Shown here one piece after another: positions 1 through 12,606 of a DNA stretch of 64,000 bases. The stretch comes from Lophium mytilinum. Taxonomy: Eukaryota. Each line of letters starts with the position of its first letter. Positions within the stretch are counted from its first letter, which is position 1. The stretch lies in the NCBI GenBank assembly GCA_010093605.1, contig MU004182.1, forward strand, positions 383,502-447,501, read 5' to 3'. Both the position numbers and the translations under genes were made by a program. The notes beneath the pieces are model-generated. The model ran no database searches. It worked only from the letters and a program-made list of their open reading frames with translations, and had not been told where the DNA came from.

Positions 1-2122
1 CGTAGCCATACCCGCAACACCAAGGCCAAGGGCACCGCCGTGCTGGACTACTTCTTCAGAAGCATTCTGAAATTGTTGTAGAAGATAGTCCAAGACATGC
101 GTGCCGTGATTGCAGTAGATCATACCGAGGGCGTAGAGCGATCCACCCTGGCTGAAGTGGGAGCCCGGTACGTTGCTCTCTTTGGGTAGGTATGGCTCCA
201 ACAACTTCTGTCCTTGTGTGATGTTGCCCCTGTGGATCACTCCGAGGGCGGCTGTTGCAGTGAACTTTGACCAATTTACCGCTTTACCGAGCCATTCCAA
301 GTTCTCCCTGAAAAAGCTATCATTTGTAGTTCCGGAGTTCATGAAAGCATTTGCGAAGGTGACTCCAGTGTGGAAAATAGAGTTTCTCGCCTCGAGGCTA
401 TCTCGGACCTTGTTCAATATGTTTCGATCAGCGTGATTGTTGCGATAGAGGAACTCCAGGTTAAGCTCGATGCTTTTAGTACCCCTGAGTATATGCCGAA
501 CAGAGGTGAAGGCCTTTTGATCCTCTTCTGAAGCTACGTTCGGCTTCGTTCGAGAAACTACCGTTGATATTGTCGGGGCTTCATTACTATCGTCTGCGTT
601 TGACAAGAGTCCATCTGTCTCAGCGGCATCCTCTCCGCGAGGCTGTACGGCGCCTCCGTTGGCTGCAGGCTTTGCGTCTTGCGCCTCCTCATCGTCCTCT
701 TCCGTCTCAGGCAACTCCTCCATGACCTTGTTCAAGAACTCCTGTGTACCATTCTCGTAGAGGTCGAAAGATATTTGATAGGCGATGGCTAGCGATCGTG
801 CGTCATCCTTCGACACGAGTTGGCGCAACAGGTTGGAGGCCATGGAGTGTTGATTCAAGTAAACAACACATTTGGCAATCGAGAAGTAGTCCGGGTTGGG
901 GATGTCGTTGAGCAAGTCAAGGATGAGTCGAAGAATCTGCCACTGTTACTACTGCTGTATGAGGGGATTATTGAGGAGCGCGTACCTCATTCCGAAGTCC
1001 TCTTTCTTGAACAACGTTCATGCAAATGTCCAGAACGTACTCCATGAGCTCTTCGCTCTTCCCTGGAGTGTCACTTTCAGCCTTCTTACCCTTCTTTTCA
1101 TCTTGGCTTGCGCGGAGGAAAGCTTCGCGAAGGACGTCAAGATTTCGAGCTTCGATGGCAATACCAACAACCTGCCGGTATGCACCTACTTCGTAACAGC
1201 TCTCGAAGATCCGCCTGATAGTAGCCTGCAGGTTCTTCTGGACGCTTCTCTGTAATGCTAGTGGCGAAGGATGCGCACCAACTACACCCGCATTCCCACC
1301 ACCTGGAATCGAAGGGTCAAAAGTTGATGAGTCTTGCCTTGATAGGAGAGACTTTGAAGGTAGGGTTGATTGTGAGAAGGGCGTGGTGGGAGAGGTCATG
1401 CTCGCAGATGTGCTGGCTACTCCGTTTGCAGTTGTGAAAGATGTCGTCAACTGAGGCGGCGGCTGGTTGGCAGTACTCGCCGGTTTGGGGGGGTTGTGCA
1501 TGGCCGACAAAGCGATGTAAGTGTCCAGACATTTAGCTATTAAGAGTATTATGTTAGTGTATGTTGCGGGGCTGCGAAGGGGCTTGCGGAGTTTAGGGTG
1601 CTCTCGGGAATGCTGGACCCAGGGCGTGTTGAGATCCATAGAAAGCGGGTCGAACATTTATGACTTACCGAGTATAGTCTCTTCAAACTCTCCGGCATGA
1701 TGTATGTCGAACAGTTTGCCGGCACCCAGCGCAAAAACCATGCTCTCGTCGTACTCCTGTAGCTGATAGTAGACCTTGGCGGCGACCAGAGCCGCGAGCT
1801 CTCGTTCAGCGAAAGATTCGTCTTCGTAGAGCGCCTCACTGCCATGATGATTAGTATGTACGTATAGATGATGGTATTGAGCGTAGTATGACGACCATGT
1901 CGAGGCTGATCGCTTCGAGGGCGAAGCAACCGTCGGACAACGGCCGGTCTTACACAGGAAATAGTGTCTGGTTGTGACTCACATCTGGCTCACAGATCCT
2001 GCGACTTCTGGCCATAATAGGTCGATGTCCTTATTCAAGCGCTGCAGGGCGAACGACCGGAGGGCTGGATCGGGTTCTGACAAGAAGCCAACGACGCCGG
2101 CGGCAGATGTAAGGCCGACCAT
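1..2122 (-). CDS. RPN2: 26S proteasome regulatory subunit Rpn2 (5' part; runs off the window start; at least 3 introns)
   Basis: ATG at 2122 gives MVGLTSAAGVVGFLSEPDPALRSFALQRL. Later exons give EALYEDESFAERELAALVAAKVYY, YRQVVGIAIEARNLDVL and PC-repeat text (QHGGALGLGVAGMAT). GT-AG introns near 1982-1840, 1668-1532 and 985-938. Confidence 0.93.
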
Positions 2123-3076
2123 GGCAGCGAAGGTTTCCGGGTAGGCGTGGTTGCAACTGTAGTGCGCGCGGTGGTGCGATGGGGATGGAAAAGGAGCAGC
2201 GGATGGTGATGGAAGCCGATGGAGCTGTTGCTCGTAACGTGGCGCCTGACGGCGGACTGCTTGCTATCGGCGGCGGTGCGAACGGTGGGTTGACGGTCGG
2301 TGGAGGAGAAAGGCTGTGGGCGACCGAGTGAAGGAGAGTCGAGAAGAAGCAGAAGGAGATGGCGATGGAGATGGCGCAGGCCGGTGGTTGTGTTTTGGGG
2401 GGTTGTCAACGCGATGAGCTCGTCAGTGCTAGCTGTGGACCCGTGCGATCAGGCACCTAGCGCCGACGTCAGTCCGGCGAGGCGCGTACAGGTGATTGGA
2501 GAAGCGATTTTCTTCACTACAAACGAGTACCATCAGCTACCTTACCCCCTACCACCGAACCAGAACATTGGTAAGTACAGAGGTCCAACTCTGTCGCTTC
2601 CTAAAAGGCAGTTCAAGACACAGCGCGCCTACTTAACCCTTCCAACAAGCTGCCAACACGATGTTAGCATTGTGTGAACATTCCCGAATGGTGTAGAGTT
2701 GATTTAGGAAGTAACACGCTGGGTCCACGATAGTTACGGCCATAGGAGGCGCGGTAAGGTAATTCACCTTTAAGAAGCATTTGGGTCGCACAGGGAGGGC
2801 AGTGTGTCTTGTGCACGCCTAATCATTTCAAGCTCTCTTCTCCAAATAGAAGGATTAGGAGCATCGGTCCGCCAGATCACGTTCACTACAACAAGCAAAG
2901 ATTATGATGAAGTCTAAATTAGTGCCGCAAAGACACCAGGAACAAGGGTATCGCTTCGGACATTCCAGTCCTCCTAAAGAACAAAACGCCGTCTTATGTT
3001 GGACTGTCCAACATCTTATGCTCCCTTTTCAGCGCCGGCAGCCCGCCTCGATAGTATACAAAGAACAACTAGGATT

Positions 3077-4219
3077 TCAGATGGCGCGCGACAAGACGCG
3101 CAGGTTATTCACCAGCGTTCCCACTACCTCCTCGTATAGATTGGGGAGCCCTTGATTAATTTTGTCCGCCTCGCGCACCAACTTGTCCCCGTATAGCTCC
3201 AGTTCCAGCTCATGGTTCTTGACACCTGATTCATTGATCACTTGAGTGAGATCAATCTGGTATGTCTTCTGGTGGGTGTATGACATGCGATCCTTCTTCC
3301 GTTCTTGAGGAAGACCAGTCTCTGCAGCAGGTTGAAGGTCGTTGACCGCGCGAGGATAGTTGATTTCGAGGTTTATGCTGACCCGGTAGTCCCATTCCGT
3401 CTTCGGAGAGCTGATATGGAGGTTGGCGATTCGGTGCTTGATGATCTTCCCCAAGTCTCGTCCGGTCTTCATATCCATACTGACACGAACTCGTTTTCGA
3501 AGGAATGTTTGAAGGAGAGCTCTGGTGGCCGGGGAAAGCAGCTCGAAACCGGGGTGATTGAGCTCGAAGAATTTGTCGACTTCCTTGACGTGCTTGTAGT
3601 CTAATGGCGCACGAGCTCGAGTGCGGTCTCCTTTTGCGTCCGTTACGCACCCATTGAGAAACTTGTTCATCTTTTGGTGTTGACCCTCTGACATGGTACT
3701 GACAAACTTGATGCTGTCGCCCAAATCCATTTCATCCACCACGCATTCAGTCTGGTGTACCCCAGTGAAACGCTCTCCAGTGCGCTTGTCTTGCATTTGG
3801 CCCCATTTGGCCTCGATCTCGAGCTGGGTGTCTGCCGACTCTGCCAGAGCCTTCCTTACGACCGAGTTTACTATTACGTTTTGCCAGATGAAGTCACACA
3901 CACTGCGCGCGATCTCATCGTATGGGGCCCTGTTTGTGATCGAAGGCTCGAGGGTAGATTCAGACGCGTCGTTGCTCTCGATGGAAACCGGGACCGGGGC
4001 TTGGACTGGCGGCGCATTTGCTTGCGCATCTCCTTCGCGGATAGCCCAGATCGGTATGGGATCGTGTCGTTTGCGGCGCGGTCGTTTGGCCGTTTGCTTC
4101 AAAGGCGATGCTGGAGGAGGCGTGCGCTTGCGTTTTCGAGGGGCATCGGTGGAAACTGCGTTTGAGGGCGTAGAGACGCGAGAGGGAGGCGTCGGGTTTA
4201 TGAGCGACCTGATGTCCAT
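3077..4219 (-). CDS. CET1: mRNA-capping RNA 5'-triphosphatase (Cet1, CYTH fold)
   Basis: Intronless 380 aa ORF with motif A-like QLEIEAKWG, motif B RKKDRMSY, motif C HELELEL, and a PIPIWA segment resembling the Ceg1-binding WAQ motif. Confidence 0.88.
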   Translation of the reverse strand: MDIRSLINPTPPSRVSTPSNAVSTDAPRKRKRTPPPASPLKQTAKRPRRKRHDPIPIWAIREGDAQANAPPVQAPVPVSIESNDASESTLEPSITNRAPYDEIARSVCDFIWQNVIVNSVVRKALAESADTQLEIEAKWGQMQDKRTGERFTGVHQTECVVDEMDLGDSIKFVSTMSEGQHQKMNKFLNGCVTDAKGDRTRARAPLDYKHVKEVDKFFELNHPGFELLSPATRALLQTFLRKRVRVSMDMKTGRDLGKIIKHRIANLHISSPKTEWDYRVSINLEINYPRAVNDLQPAAETGLPQERKKDRMSYTHQKTYQIDLTQVINESGVKNHELELELYGDKLVREADKINQGLPNLYEEVVGTLVNNLRVLSRAI

Positions 4220-5807
4220 AGTGTGTGGTGTGCTGTGTTGCGAAGCTGTCCTGTTTCAAAAGAAGCCTGGTGAACCGAAGGTGAACCTGTCACGTGCTCT
4301 CTTTATTCCGTTTGCGCCGAGGCGGATCATGATTTGCTAGGCCCAGACTCGGAGCTTCACTCATCAATAGGCATGTATCTTAAGGTCTGCGATTCACATG
4401 GTCTAGATTTCGAGCTATTCGTGAATCTTTACTTTGACTGCTATGCGATTGCTGCTATTTAACGATGTGACAGAATTCGGGTCACTGAGTCCAGTCTCTT
4501 CAGTTGGACTTCACCGCCTTGTGAAAGAGACCGATCAAGTAAGTTCTTTGGAGGGAACAAATAGTATGAGTTTCGGCTCTATGTTGCAGAAAGCTCGGTT
4601 GAGAAGACCGCATCGATGAGACCCGGTTTGAGCAGGTGCTGGTTGCACGCAGATGATCAACATGGAAATATCTAGATATATCGAGCTGAATTCGAATGAT
4701 GTATGTATTCGTGTAATGTAGAACTCCAGAGAAAGTAATCCTCCCAAACGCCTACCATGACCTCGTGAGCGCATCCATAGCAACATGACTACGCGTTCTC
4801 GTCGCGGATTCATCTCCTGCTCGCACCGTGTCGGCCCCGGTATTCCCCAAAGGACGTGCTGCCCGAACGACACACTCGGTGGCTCAGCGCTTCCGCTCGA
4901 AGTATGAAGTTGACGCCATGACGGCGACACTCTGGTCCATGACCCACTCGCCGGCCCAGAGGTAGTTGTCGATCCACTTTTTGATGCTGGGTGATTCAGC
5001 TATAGTCTCTGATTTAATGCTAGGGCTGGGTCCCAGGATGTGGGACATGTTAGCCAGGATTCATTTTGCGGTATTTCGACGGCGCAACGTAAACATATAA
5101 CGCAGGTGTGGGCTCAACGTGGGGGAGGAGACTGCGTACGTTAGGCCGGTGGAGCGCTTCACTCCGGCGAGGAAGGCGGAGACTGAGGAACCATTAGCTT
5201 GGCTGAAGACACGGCAGCAGGGCTGAGGAAGCGCACTCATTATAGCGTCAAAGGCATAGTGGGTGAGGCGGCCGAGCTGTGGAAATTAGTCGTTGGCGCC
5301 AACGATCTCCGGGGAGTAGTTACTGTACGCACAACCATGATGGGCGAGTTGGAGGAGCGGAGGAGCGGAGGAGGCTGAAGGCGTGTAGGACTGACGCTTG
5401 TGGAGTGCGAGGGGGGCGAGGAAGCTGGCGGCGAAGTGTCGAGATGGGCGCAAATCGGTGGTTGGAGGAGGCTGAGGAGGTTGCCGGCCGTGGAGTCGAT
5501 GCAGATGGTCCCACGCGGCGGTCTGGCAGGTCACGTGCGAACGATCAAAAGAACAGTGCAAGGCTGACAAAGAGCGAAATTTTTGCTTATCGCGGCTGGA
5601 TCGGGGATAGTGTCCGACGTCGAGCCTGTGAGCCCGGCGGCCGCTTTTCAGCCCTGGTGTTGGTGGGGTGTCACAGTGTTGAGGAGCTTTTTCCCACCAC
5701 CAGATCGGCAGACCACGCCTCGAGACGTCAACACACACGGCCTAGAGGTGCAGATTTGCTTCTTTGCTGCTTGCTTCTCCGACCCCGTCTTTCTCTCCAC
5801 GGCGCTG

Positions 5808-5814
5808 TATATAA
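5808..5814 (+). promoter_or_regulatory. TATA box of pyruvate kinase gene
   Basis: TATATAA followed by a CT-rich tract, about 270 bp upstream of the PYK ATG. Confidence 0.6.
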
Positions 5815-6078
5815 CCCGCGCGTCCTCTCTCCTCGCTCCTCAACTTTCCCGTCGCAAGTCAACACAAAACACCCCTCCACCGGCCCCACGTCGCCGTTCG
5901 CTGCAAAGGTAACCCGTCCCACTCTTCGCTGTCCGAACTGCACCCCGGCCCCAGCCCAATCATCCATCCATGCTCCAGACATTCATGCAGTCCGCTGATC
6001 TGAAGTCACCCACAGCTCTGAATAACCTCCTTTGCTCTCTCCCACTCCGCACTACTTCCCCGACTACACTTGCCAAAC

Positions 6079-8058
6079 ATGGCCAACGCGCTCGACCACC
6101 TGAACGCTGGCAGGACGCGCATTGAGTGGCTGTCGCAGCTCAACACCGAGTACCACCCCGCTAAGGAATATCGTCGCACCTCAATCATCGGCACAATTGG
6201 TCAGTCACGCCTGGAAACAGCTCGAGACAGCTCCAAATCACGCTGGCGACTCAGCTGACTCTATCTAGGCCCCAAGACCAACTCCGCCGAGAAGATCAAC
6301 GCTCTCCGCAAAGGTTCGTGCCTGCTTCAAACGGCTGGATCTGGCTCTGCTGACTTGAACAGTTGGCCTCAATGTTGTTCGCATGAACTTCTCGCACGGT
6401 ACATATGAAGTAAGTCTGAAGCTGCCGTCTTTCAATTGAACACCTGTTGACCACTTATGCAGTACCACCAGTCCGTCATCGACAATGCGCGCAAGGCCGA
6501 AAAGGATATGCCTGGCAGACCTCTGGCCATTGCCCTCGACACCGTTCGTTCCCTCCCCGTTATTCACCTGCTATCACAACTCATAAATGAATAGAAAGGA
6601 CCGGAAATTCGGACGGGTAACACCGTTGGTGACGCGGATCTACCGATCAGCGCTGGTGACCTCTTGAACATCACCACTGATGAAGAGTACGCCACCAAGA
6701 GCGACAACAAGAACATGTAAGTTGCACTCGGTCCCAGGAAGCTTTAGAGGAGTCTGCTGATACAATTGCCCAATCAGGTACGTCGACTATAAGAACATCA
6801 CCAAAGTCATCGAGGCCGGCCGCACCATCTACGTCGACGACGGCGTCCTTTCCTTCGAAGTCATCGAGGTCACCGACGAAAAGACCCTGAAGTGTAGGTG
6901 CGTGAACAACGGCAAGATCTCATCCAAGAAAGGAGTCAATCTGCCCAAGACGGATGTCGACCTCCCACCTCTGTCCGAGAAGGACAAGGCCGATCTCCGC
7001 TTTGGTGTTAAGAACAACGTTGATATGGTCTTCGCTTCCTTCATCCGTAAGGGCTCTGACATCACCGCTATCCGCGAGGTCCTCGGCGAAGAGGGCAAGG
7101 ATATCCAGATCATCGCCAAGATCGAGAACCAGCAGGGAGTGAACAATTTCGACGAGATCCTCAAGGAGACAGACGGTGTCATGGTAGCCCGTGGTGATCT
7201 CGGTATTGAGATTCCCCCGAGCCAGGTCTTCATCGCACAGAAGATGATGATTACCAAGTGTAACATCGCCGGCAAGCCCGCCATCTGCGCCACCCAGATG
7301 CTGGAGAGCATGACCTATAACCCCCGCCCGACCCGTGCTGAAGTTAGTGATGTAGGAAACGCCGTCTTGGACGGCGCTGACTGCGTCATGTTGTCAGGTG
7401 AGACTGCCAAGGGCAACTACCCCGTCGAAGCCGTTACCATGATGCACGAGACCTGCCTACTTGCCGAAGTGGCTATTCCCTACGTCAATGCCTTCGACGA
7501 GTTGAGGAAGTTGGCCCCCGTACCTGTTCCAACCACCGAGACTTGCGCTATGGCCGCTGTCAGTGCTAGTCTGGAGCAGAACGCCGGTGCCATCTTAGTC
7601 CTAACCACTAGGTAAGTCGCTTCTTTGTAGGGTGAAGGGTCACAGCGTCCAAAGCTAACTCTTCTCAGCGGAAACACCGCTCGTCTAGTCTCTAAGTATC
7701 GTCCGGTCTGCCCTATCATCATGGTAACCCGAAATGCCGCAGCCTCCAGGGTAAGAATTCAGCCCTATTATCCCCTCAGAACGTGCCACTAACACGATCT
7801 TCTCAGTACTCCCATCTCTACCGTGGCGTGTATCCATTCTACTTCCCAGAAGAGAAGCCCGACTTCAAGACCGTACCATGGCAAGAGGACGTCGACCGCC
7901 GCCTTAAGTACGGCATCATGAATGCTATCAAGCTGGGCGTTCTGAACAAGGGAGACCCCGTCATCTGTGTACAAGGTTGGCGCGGAGGCATGGGTCATAC
8001 CAATACCCTTCGTATCGTACCCGCACAGGACGACCTTGGTCTTGACTTGGAATCTTAG
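6079..8058 (+). CDS. PYK1: Pyruvate kinase (about 7 coding introns)
   Basis: [73 protein letters not shown]; stop TAG at 8056-8058. Confidence 0.97.
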
Positions 8059-8728
8059 ATTAACTCGATATAGGTTTCCTGACTATAGAAGGTGAATCAG
8101 AGGATAACTTGACAGAAATCGCTTCTTCCATGGCCTTGCTCATCGGTTTGGTACCAACGCCAGAGCTCTGACGGTTCTGACACGGCGGTAACAAGGTGTC
8201 CGGATTGCTTTGGCGAATGGGATGGGACGCAATGGTCTGCAGTGGAATTCACCGCACACTGTTACATATCGAGAGCGAATGTGTGTTTGGAGGGGTCAAT
8301 GTCTTTTCAATGAGAACTGCAATACCGTAGTCTAGCCTAATTACGAGAATGACAGCCTTGATAGCCTCCGGAAAGAGTGAATTCTTCCGGAACTGTGATC
8401 GTATTGTACAGTACAAAGGAATGTCTGGCCAGCGGCCCGTTCCCAACTTCTCTAATGCAAACCTAGCTACACCTTTCACCAACAAGACCGTCCCATCAAT
8501 TTTACTCTGAGAGCATTACAGAGAACCAAGACAAACTTTTGTATTAGTGAGCAGAGACTCAAACTCTACAGCTGCAACGCGCGGCAACTAGCACCATCGA
8601 AGGAACCAGTATGAAAGAAAAAAACTTCAATTGCAGACGGCAGGGACGCAATCTCCATCCCAGAGACCCTTTCCGAAGCGCCGCATAGTCGGCATGAGAG
8701 GGGCCGAGAGCCGAGACACCATTCTCTG

Positions 8729-11088
8729 TTACTTTCTGGTAGTCTTGCGACGTCCAGACCGGGAACGGGATCGAGACGCTAGGCTTCGTCGGCTTCGTTC
8801 GAGGATCTCATTGGCAGTCCGGACGCCGTTAATGAAGGCGCTGATGAGGGCCTCGTCGTCTTGGCCGGCACGGTTGAGCGCATTTAGGAACGAGATGCCT
8901 AGTTTGTGCATGAGCCTTTCGTCAGCGAGCACCTGCGTGGCGTCGACGGCGAATCCGTCGATTAGACTGTGGATGAAGGCAGCTAGCTGGGCTGGAGGAG
9001 CTAGGCCGAGCCCGAAATGGTCGGCGAGCTGGGCGATGGCTGTTGTAGTCGCTGGACTTAGGAAAACGGGGTCCTCCATGAGGTCTTGATGCAAGTAGTA
9101 CACACGCGCTTCGGGCTTTAGCTGGCCTAGCCTCAAAATTTCGCCAATGGCAGGTTCGGCAGTTGTGAGATGTTCGAGTTCGGTATAGGGCAAGATGTTT
9201 ACGATGGCGGAGTCTGGTATTTCGCCCCAGATGAGGAGCTCTGCAGATCCCTTGTATCGCATCTCGGGGAGGTCGCCTTTGCGTTTGACCCTACGGATGA
9301 CCGCCGACGCGGAATAGATAGAGTCTTTCAGAGAGGAAAGGTCGATGGTTGCGATGGAGGGATTGTGGCCTTCTTCGGCTGAGCGCTTGGCCATCAGAAC
9401 TGCAAATAGAAGAGATGTGGAGACTGAGACGAAAGGTGAGACTCCTTCTGCGTGTTCCCAGAAATGCTTCTCGGCGAAAGCATCCAGCAGGTCATGATCG
9501 GGAGGGAGAGGGTTGGTGACTCCTCTCTTGCGGCCGTAGAAGAACGAGCTTCTGAAGCCCACATTAGGGACAAGTGGGCTCTGTTTAGTCTTGTCATGGA
9601 CTCGGTAAGCAATTCCAGCTGGGTGGGTCTCTGGCGATAGGCGTCCGCCGCTTGGGGGAAAGGCGAAAGGGGTCGAAGGGTAAGAGGGCGGTGTTAGCTG
9701 AACGACGGACAAAGGTGACGAGCTAATAAGATTGGTAGTATCGGTTTGATCAATCTCCTCCATGGCTCTATAGGAAGCATCGATAATCTGTGGCGTGAAC
9801 TCTCTATCTCGTTTTTGCTTTTGGAAAACGTCAAACTGTCGCCGAATATGCGGAGACTGGGACAGCCAGGGAGCTCCTCTTGGAGGAGTATCTTCAGTGG
9901 CCTTAAGCTGAAATTCAATGCCGTGTTGTCGGGCACAAGCCAGTATTTCTGTCCGTTGCGGCTTGAATACACCCTCGCTATCCTCGAATGGCGTGTCATC
10001 GTATACCTGCTTCCAGATCGGATGACAGCTAAAGAAGACCAGGCTTTCCCACTGCCTTCGTATTCGTCTCTCCAAGAGGTTGTTGTTCGTCAACTTGTTG
10101 AAGATGAGAACAATCGAATCCCATTCCCTGCTAAACGTGAACCATCCTACGCCAGGGATTAGTGTTGCAGCTTGTGACATGGCGACCGGGGTAACTCACG
10201 TTGAATAACGCAGAGGAGGGCTCGTTCTCGTCCGGACCAACTGTGGCGAGGAGGATTTTCAATAGATCTGTCCAGGACTTCGAACTTGTTCAGTCGTGTC
10301 CCCCTCTCAGCTAAGGACTGCCCAGGCCACGGTGATGAATTCGCTAAAGCGTGTGGACGCGCAAAGTACGTACTCACACGTCCCGTTTGATTGATGTGTT
10401 GACGTCCGTCTCTACGACGCGGACAAGGCGATCCCGGCTCTATCTGAGATTGCATCAAAGTGTCTCGATCATCATCTGTGTCGCACTCGTAAGATATTCC
10501 CAGTGACTTTAGGGCGCTTCCAAGAGCATTATCACCATCGATCAGCGGACCTTCTGGGACCGTCCCAGGGTAGCTTTGTCGAGAAGAGAGGATGACTTTG
10601 TTCTTAGATAGAGGGGCGGGTGCATCCCGGCCTCCAGAAACGAACTCTGGGGGTCCGCGTGGTCCTCCGGAGTCATGATCTTGGAAGGGCGATGTACTTC
10701 TACTCGCGGAAACGAGCCCTGATGGATCCAAGGCCCCAGAACGGTGAATATGAGACGGAGAGTTCTCCTGCTTGATCTGGACAAAGCAACGGAAATCGTT
10801 CCACGGTAGAGCGCCCCGAAAAATATCCTCGTAGCAATCAGGATAATCGTCAGGCCCCGAACCATCGGAGTCATTGTCGTCTTCTCCGGCAAGGCCTATC
10901 TCACTGCGTGCCTCCTCCGAGGGTTCAGCCTTGATTTTGTCTTGCCCGAACGCTGTCGGTTTGTGCGGTGAAGTGCTAGGTCGCTTGTGCTGTGACTCGT
11001 CGGAAGTTGTCTGAGCTAGGACTGTGGGAGCTTGATAAAGAAAGATCTTTAGTGAATTGATTTTCCCATTAAATTCCCATGAGCTCAT
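8729..11088 (-). CDS. Hypothetical fungal protein with C-terminal DUF7587-like domain
   Basis: Two long ORFs (10159-11220 and 8729-10180) join in frame through a 53-nt GTGAGT...CTAAT...TAG intron at 10199-10147 (LLCVIQR|WFTFS). C-terminal part has AYRVHD, SPFVSVSTSLLFA and ELLIWGEI. Start codon uncertain. Confidence 0.7.
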
Positions 11089-11697
11089 TTTGGCGGTTTT
11101 GTGAATTTCGAGACTTGAGGTCGGAGGGAACGCCGCATAAGACCCCAGATTCAAGCGACAGAAGAGGATGTAACGGGCGTTAAGATGGGCCGATAAAGGA
11201 AGCGGATTTGCGGATTGCAAGGAAAGGTGAAATAGGGCGAGATGGGTGAGAGGAGTGAGAGGTTGAGATAGACGTGACGGGACGCGTTAAACACGTGTCT
11301 TATGACGCAAGATGGAATATTGAAAAATTGAGCAAGATGTTAGGGACCGTCTGGCACAGCTTCAGACTTGGCCAGACGGCTATTGGTTCCCTTTCACCTA
11401 TGTATTCAACAATCCTACCTTTCAAACAACGAAAGATGAACTAGATGGCGTTCTTGAGAGTAGTGAGCTCTAAGTTAATGCTGGATATCCTACTTGAGCG
11501 GCGAGAAACACGTGACTGCCATCTCAGGTGAAATCGATATCTGTTCCACTTATTCCCATGACATCCTCCCTTCCCTAACATCTTCAACTTAGCACTACTT
11601 CCACATCAGAACCTCTGATACCGTCATAACTTTCTTGACGTCTTGCTCACTCCTGGGAAGAATGCTAGCTGCCAACTCGACTAGAGCAAAACCCGCG

Positions 11698-12073
11698 ATG
11701 GAGAATCACGAAGCCACTTCCTACCTCACCCAATTCATTGGCAAGAACCTTCGCATCTATACCAACGACAGTCGGATGTTCTCTGGCTTGCTAAAGTGCA
11801 CAGACGTGGTGCGAGATGCCCGTTAACACAGCCTAGATATGCCATTAGCTAACCTGCTACAAATAGGAACGCAATGTCATTCTCGCCATGACGCACGAAT
11901 ATCGAGAACCTTCAGAAGCTACTATCAACAAGGCAATCGAAGATTCGGGCAATCCTTCAGCTTCAGTGCCTTTGATGAGCAGATATGTCGGCCTTGTTGT
12001 GGTCCCGGGCCAATACGTCACCCGAATTGAGTACGAAGAGAGCCAGTTCAGCAAAAATACGGTAGTCCCATAA
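11698..12073 (+). CDS. MAK31: LSM-domain auxiliary subunit of NatC (Mak31/Naa38)
   Basis: Sm1 (IGKNLRIYTNDSRMFSGLLKCTDV|ERNVILAMTHEYR) and Sm2 (RYVGLVVVPGQYVTRIE) motifs; intron 11809-11866. Confidence 0.8.
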
Positions 12074-12193
12074 GGACAGTTAATGAGCAATGGACTTTGG
12101 ACACTGTGTCCTATAGATCTGCCACAAGTAATCTACCATGATATTTGAATGTTAATAGGGTGAATGTATCCGGTTCTGTGACAAGTCGAGGTT

Positions 12194-12434
12194 CAGGCTC
12201 ACCATCACAAAAAGTGAGAGTCCGGTGGCTAATGCTTTTTAATACAAGAGGTCATTCTTGTACGTCCCATTGCTAGAATTCAATTCAGAAACTTGCAGCA
12301 CATGTAAAGCCAAGCCGTGCGCTTAAGCCCAGCTAAAATGAAAATTATTCGTCCATTCGTTGCTACTGCAGATGTGAATAGGTATGTATTTTTCTGTCAG
12401 TGCGCGACTCTCACTTTTTGTGATGGTGAGCCTG
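12194..12434. mobile_element. MITE / non-autonomous DNA transposon, 241 bp
   Basis: Perfect 29-bp terminal inverted repeats CAGGCTCACCATCACAAAAAGTGAGAGTC (12194-12222 and 12406-12434), flanked on both sides by AGGTT (12189-12193, 12435-12439). AT-rich non-coding interior. Confidence 0.85.
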
Positions 12435-12606
12435 AGGTTCGAGGTCGTTAGAAACCTCAACCTCGGCTAGGTCACCCCGCCGTCGATCTCCCGCTTCGAG
12501 TTCATCTTTCTTCTTCCCTCCAGTCAGTGCTAACTTCAACTACTGTTCTATATTTGAATGCAGAGTGTTAATAGTATGCTCCTGTTCTACCGGTGATTGA
12601 AGAAGT

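Noticed and set aside
3693..4340. Long antisense ORFs over real genes (also 14104-14540, 36420-37253, 39018-39735, 55618-56661, 57555-58331)
   Set aside because: Shadow frames produced by codon bias or low complexity on the opposite, clearly coding strand.
5279..5998. 239-aa plus-strand ORF upstream of PYK
   Set aside because: Non-ATG start, no recognisable domain, and it overlaps the PYK promoter, TATA box and 5' UTR.
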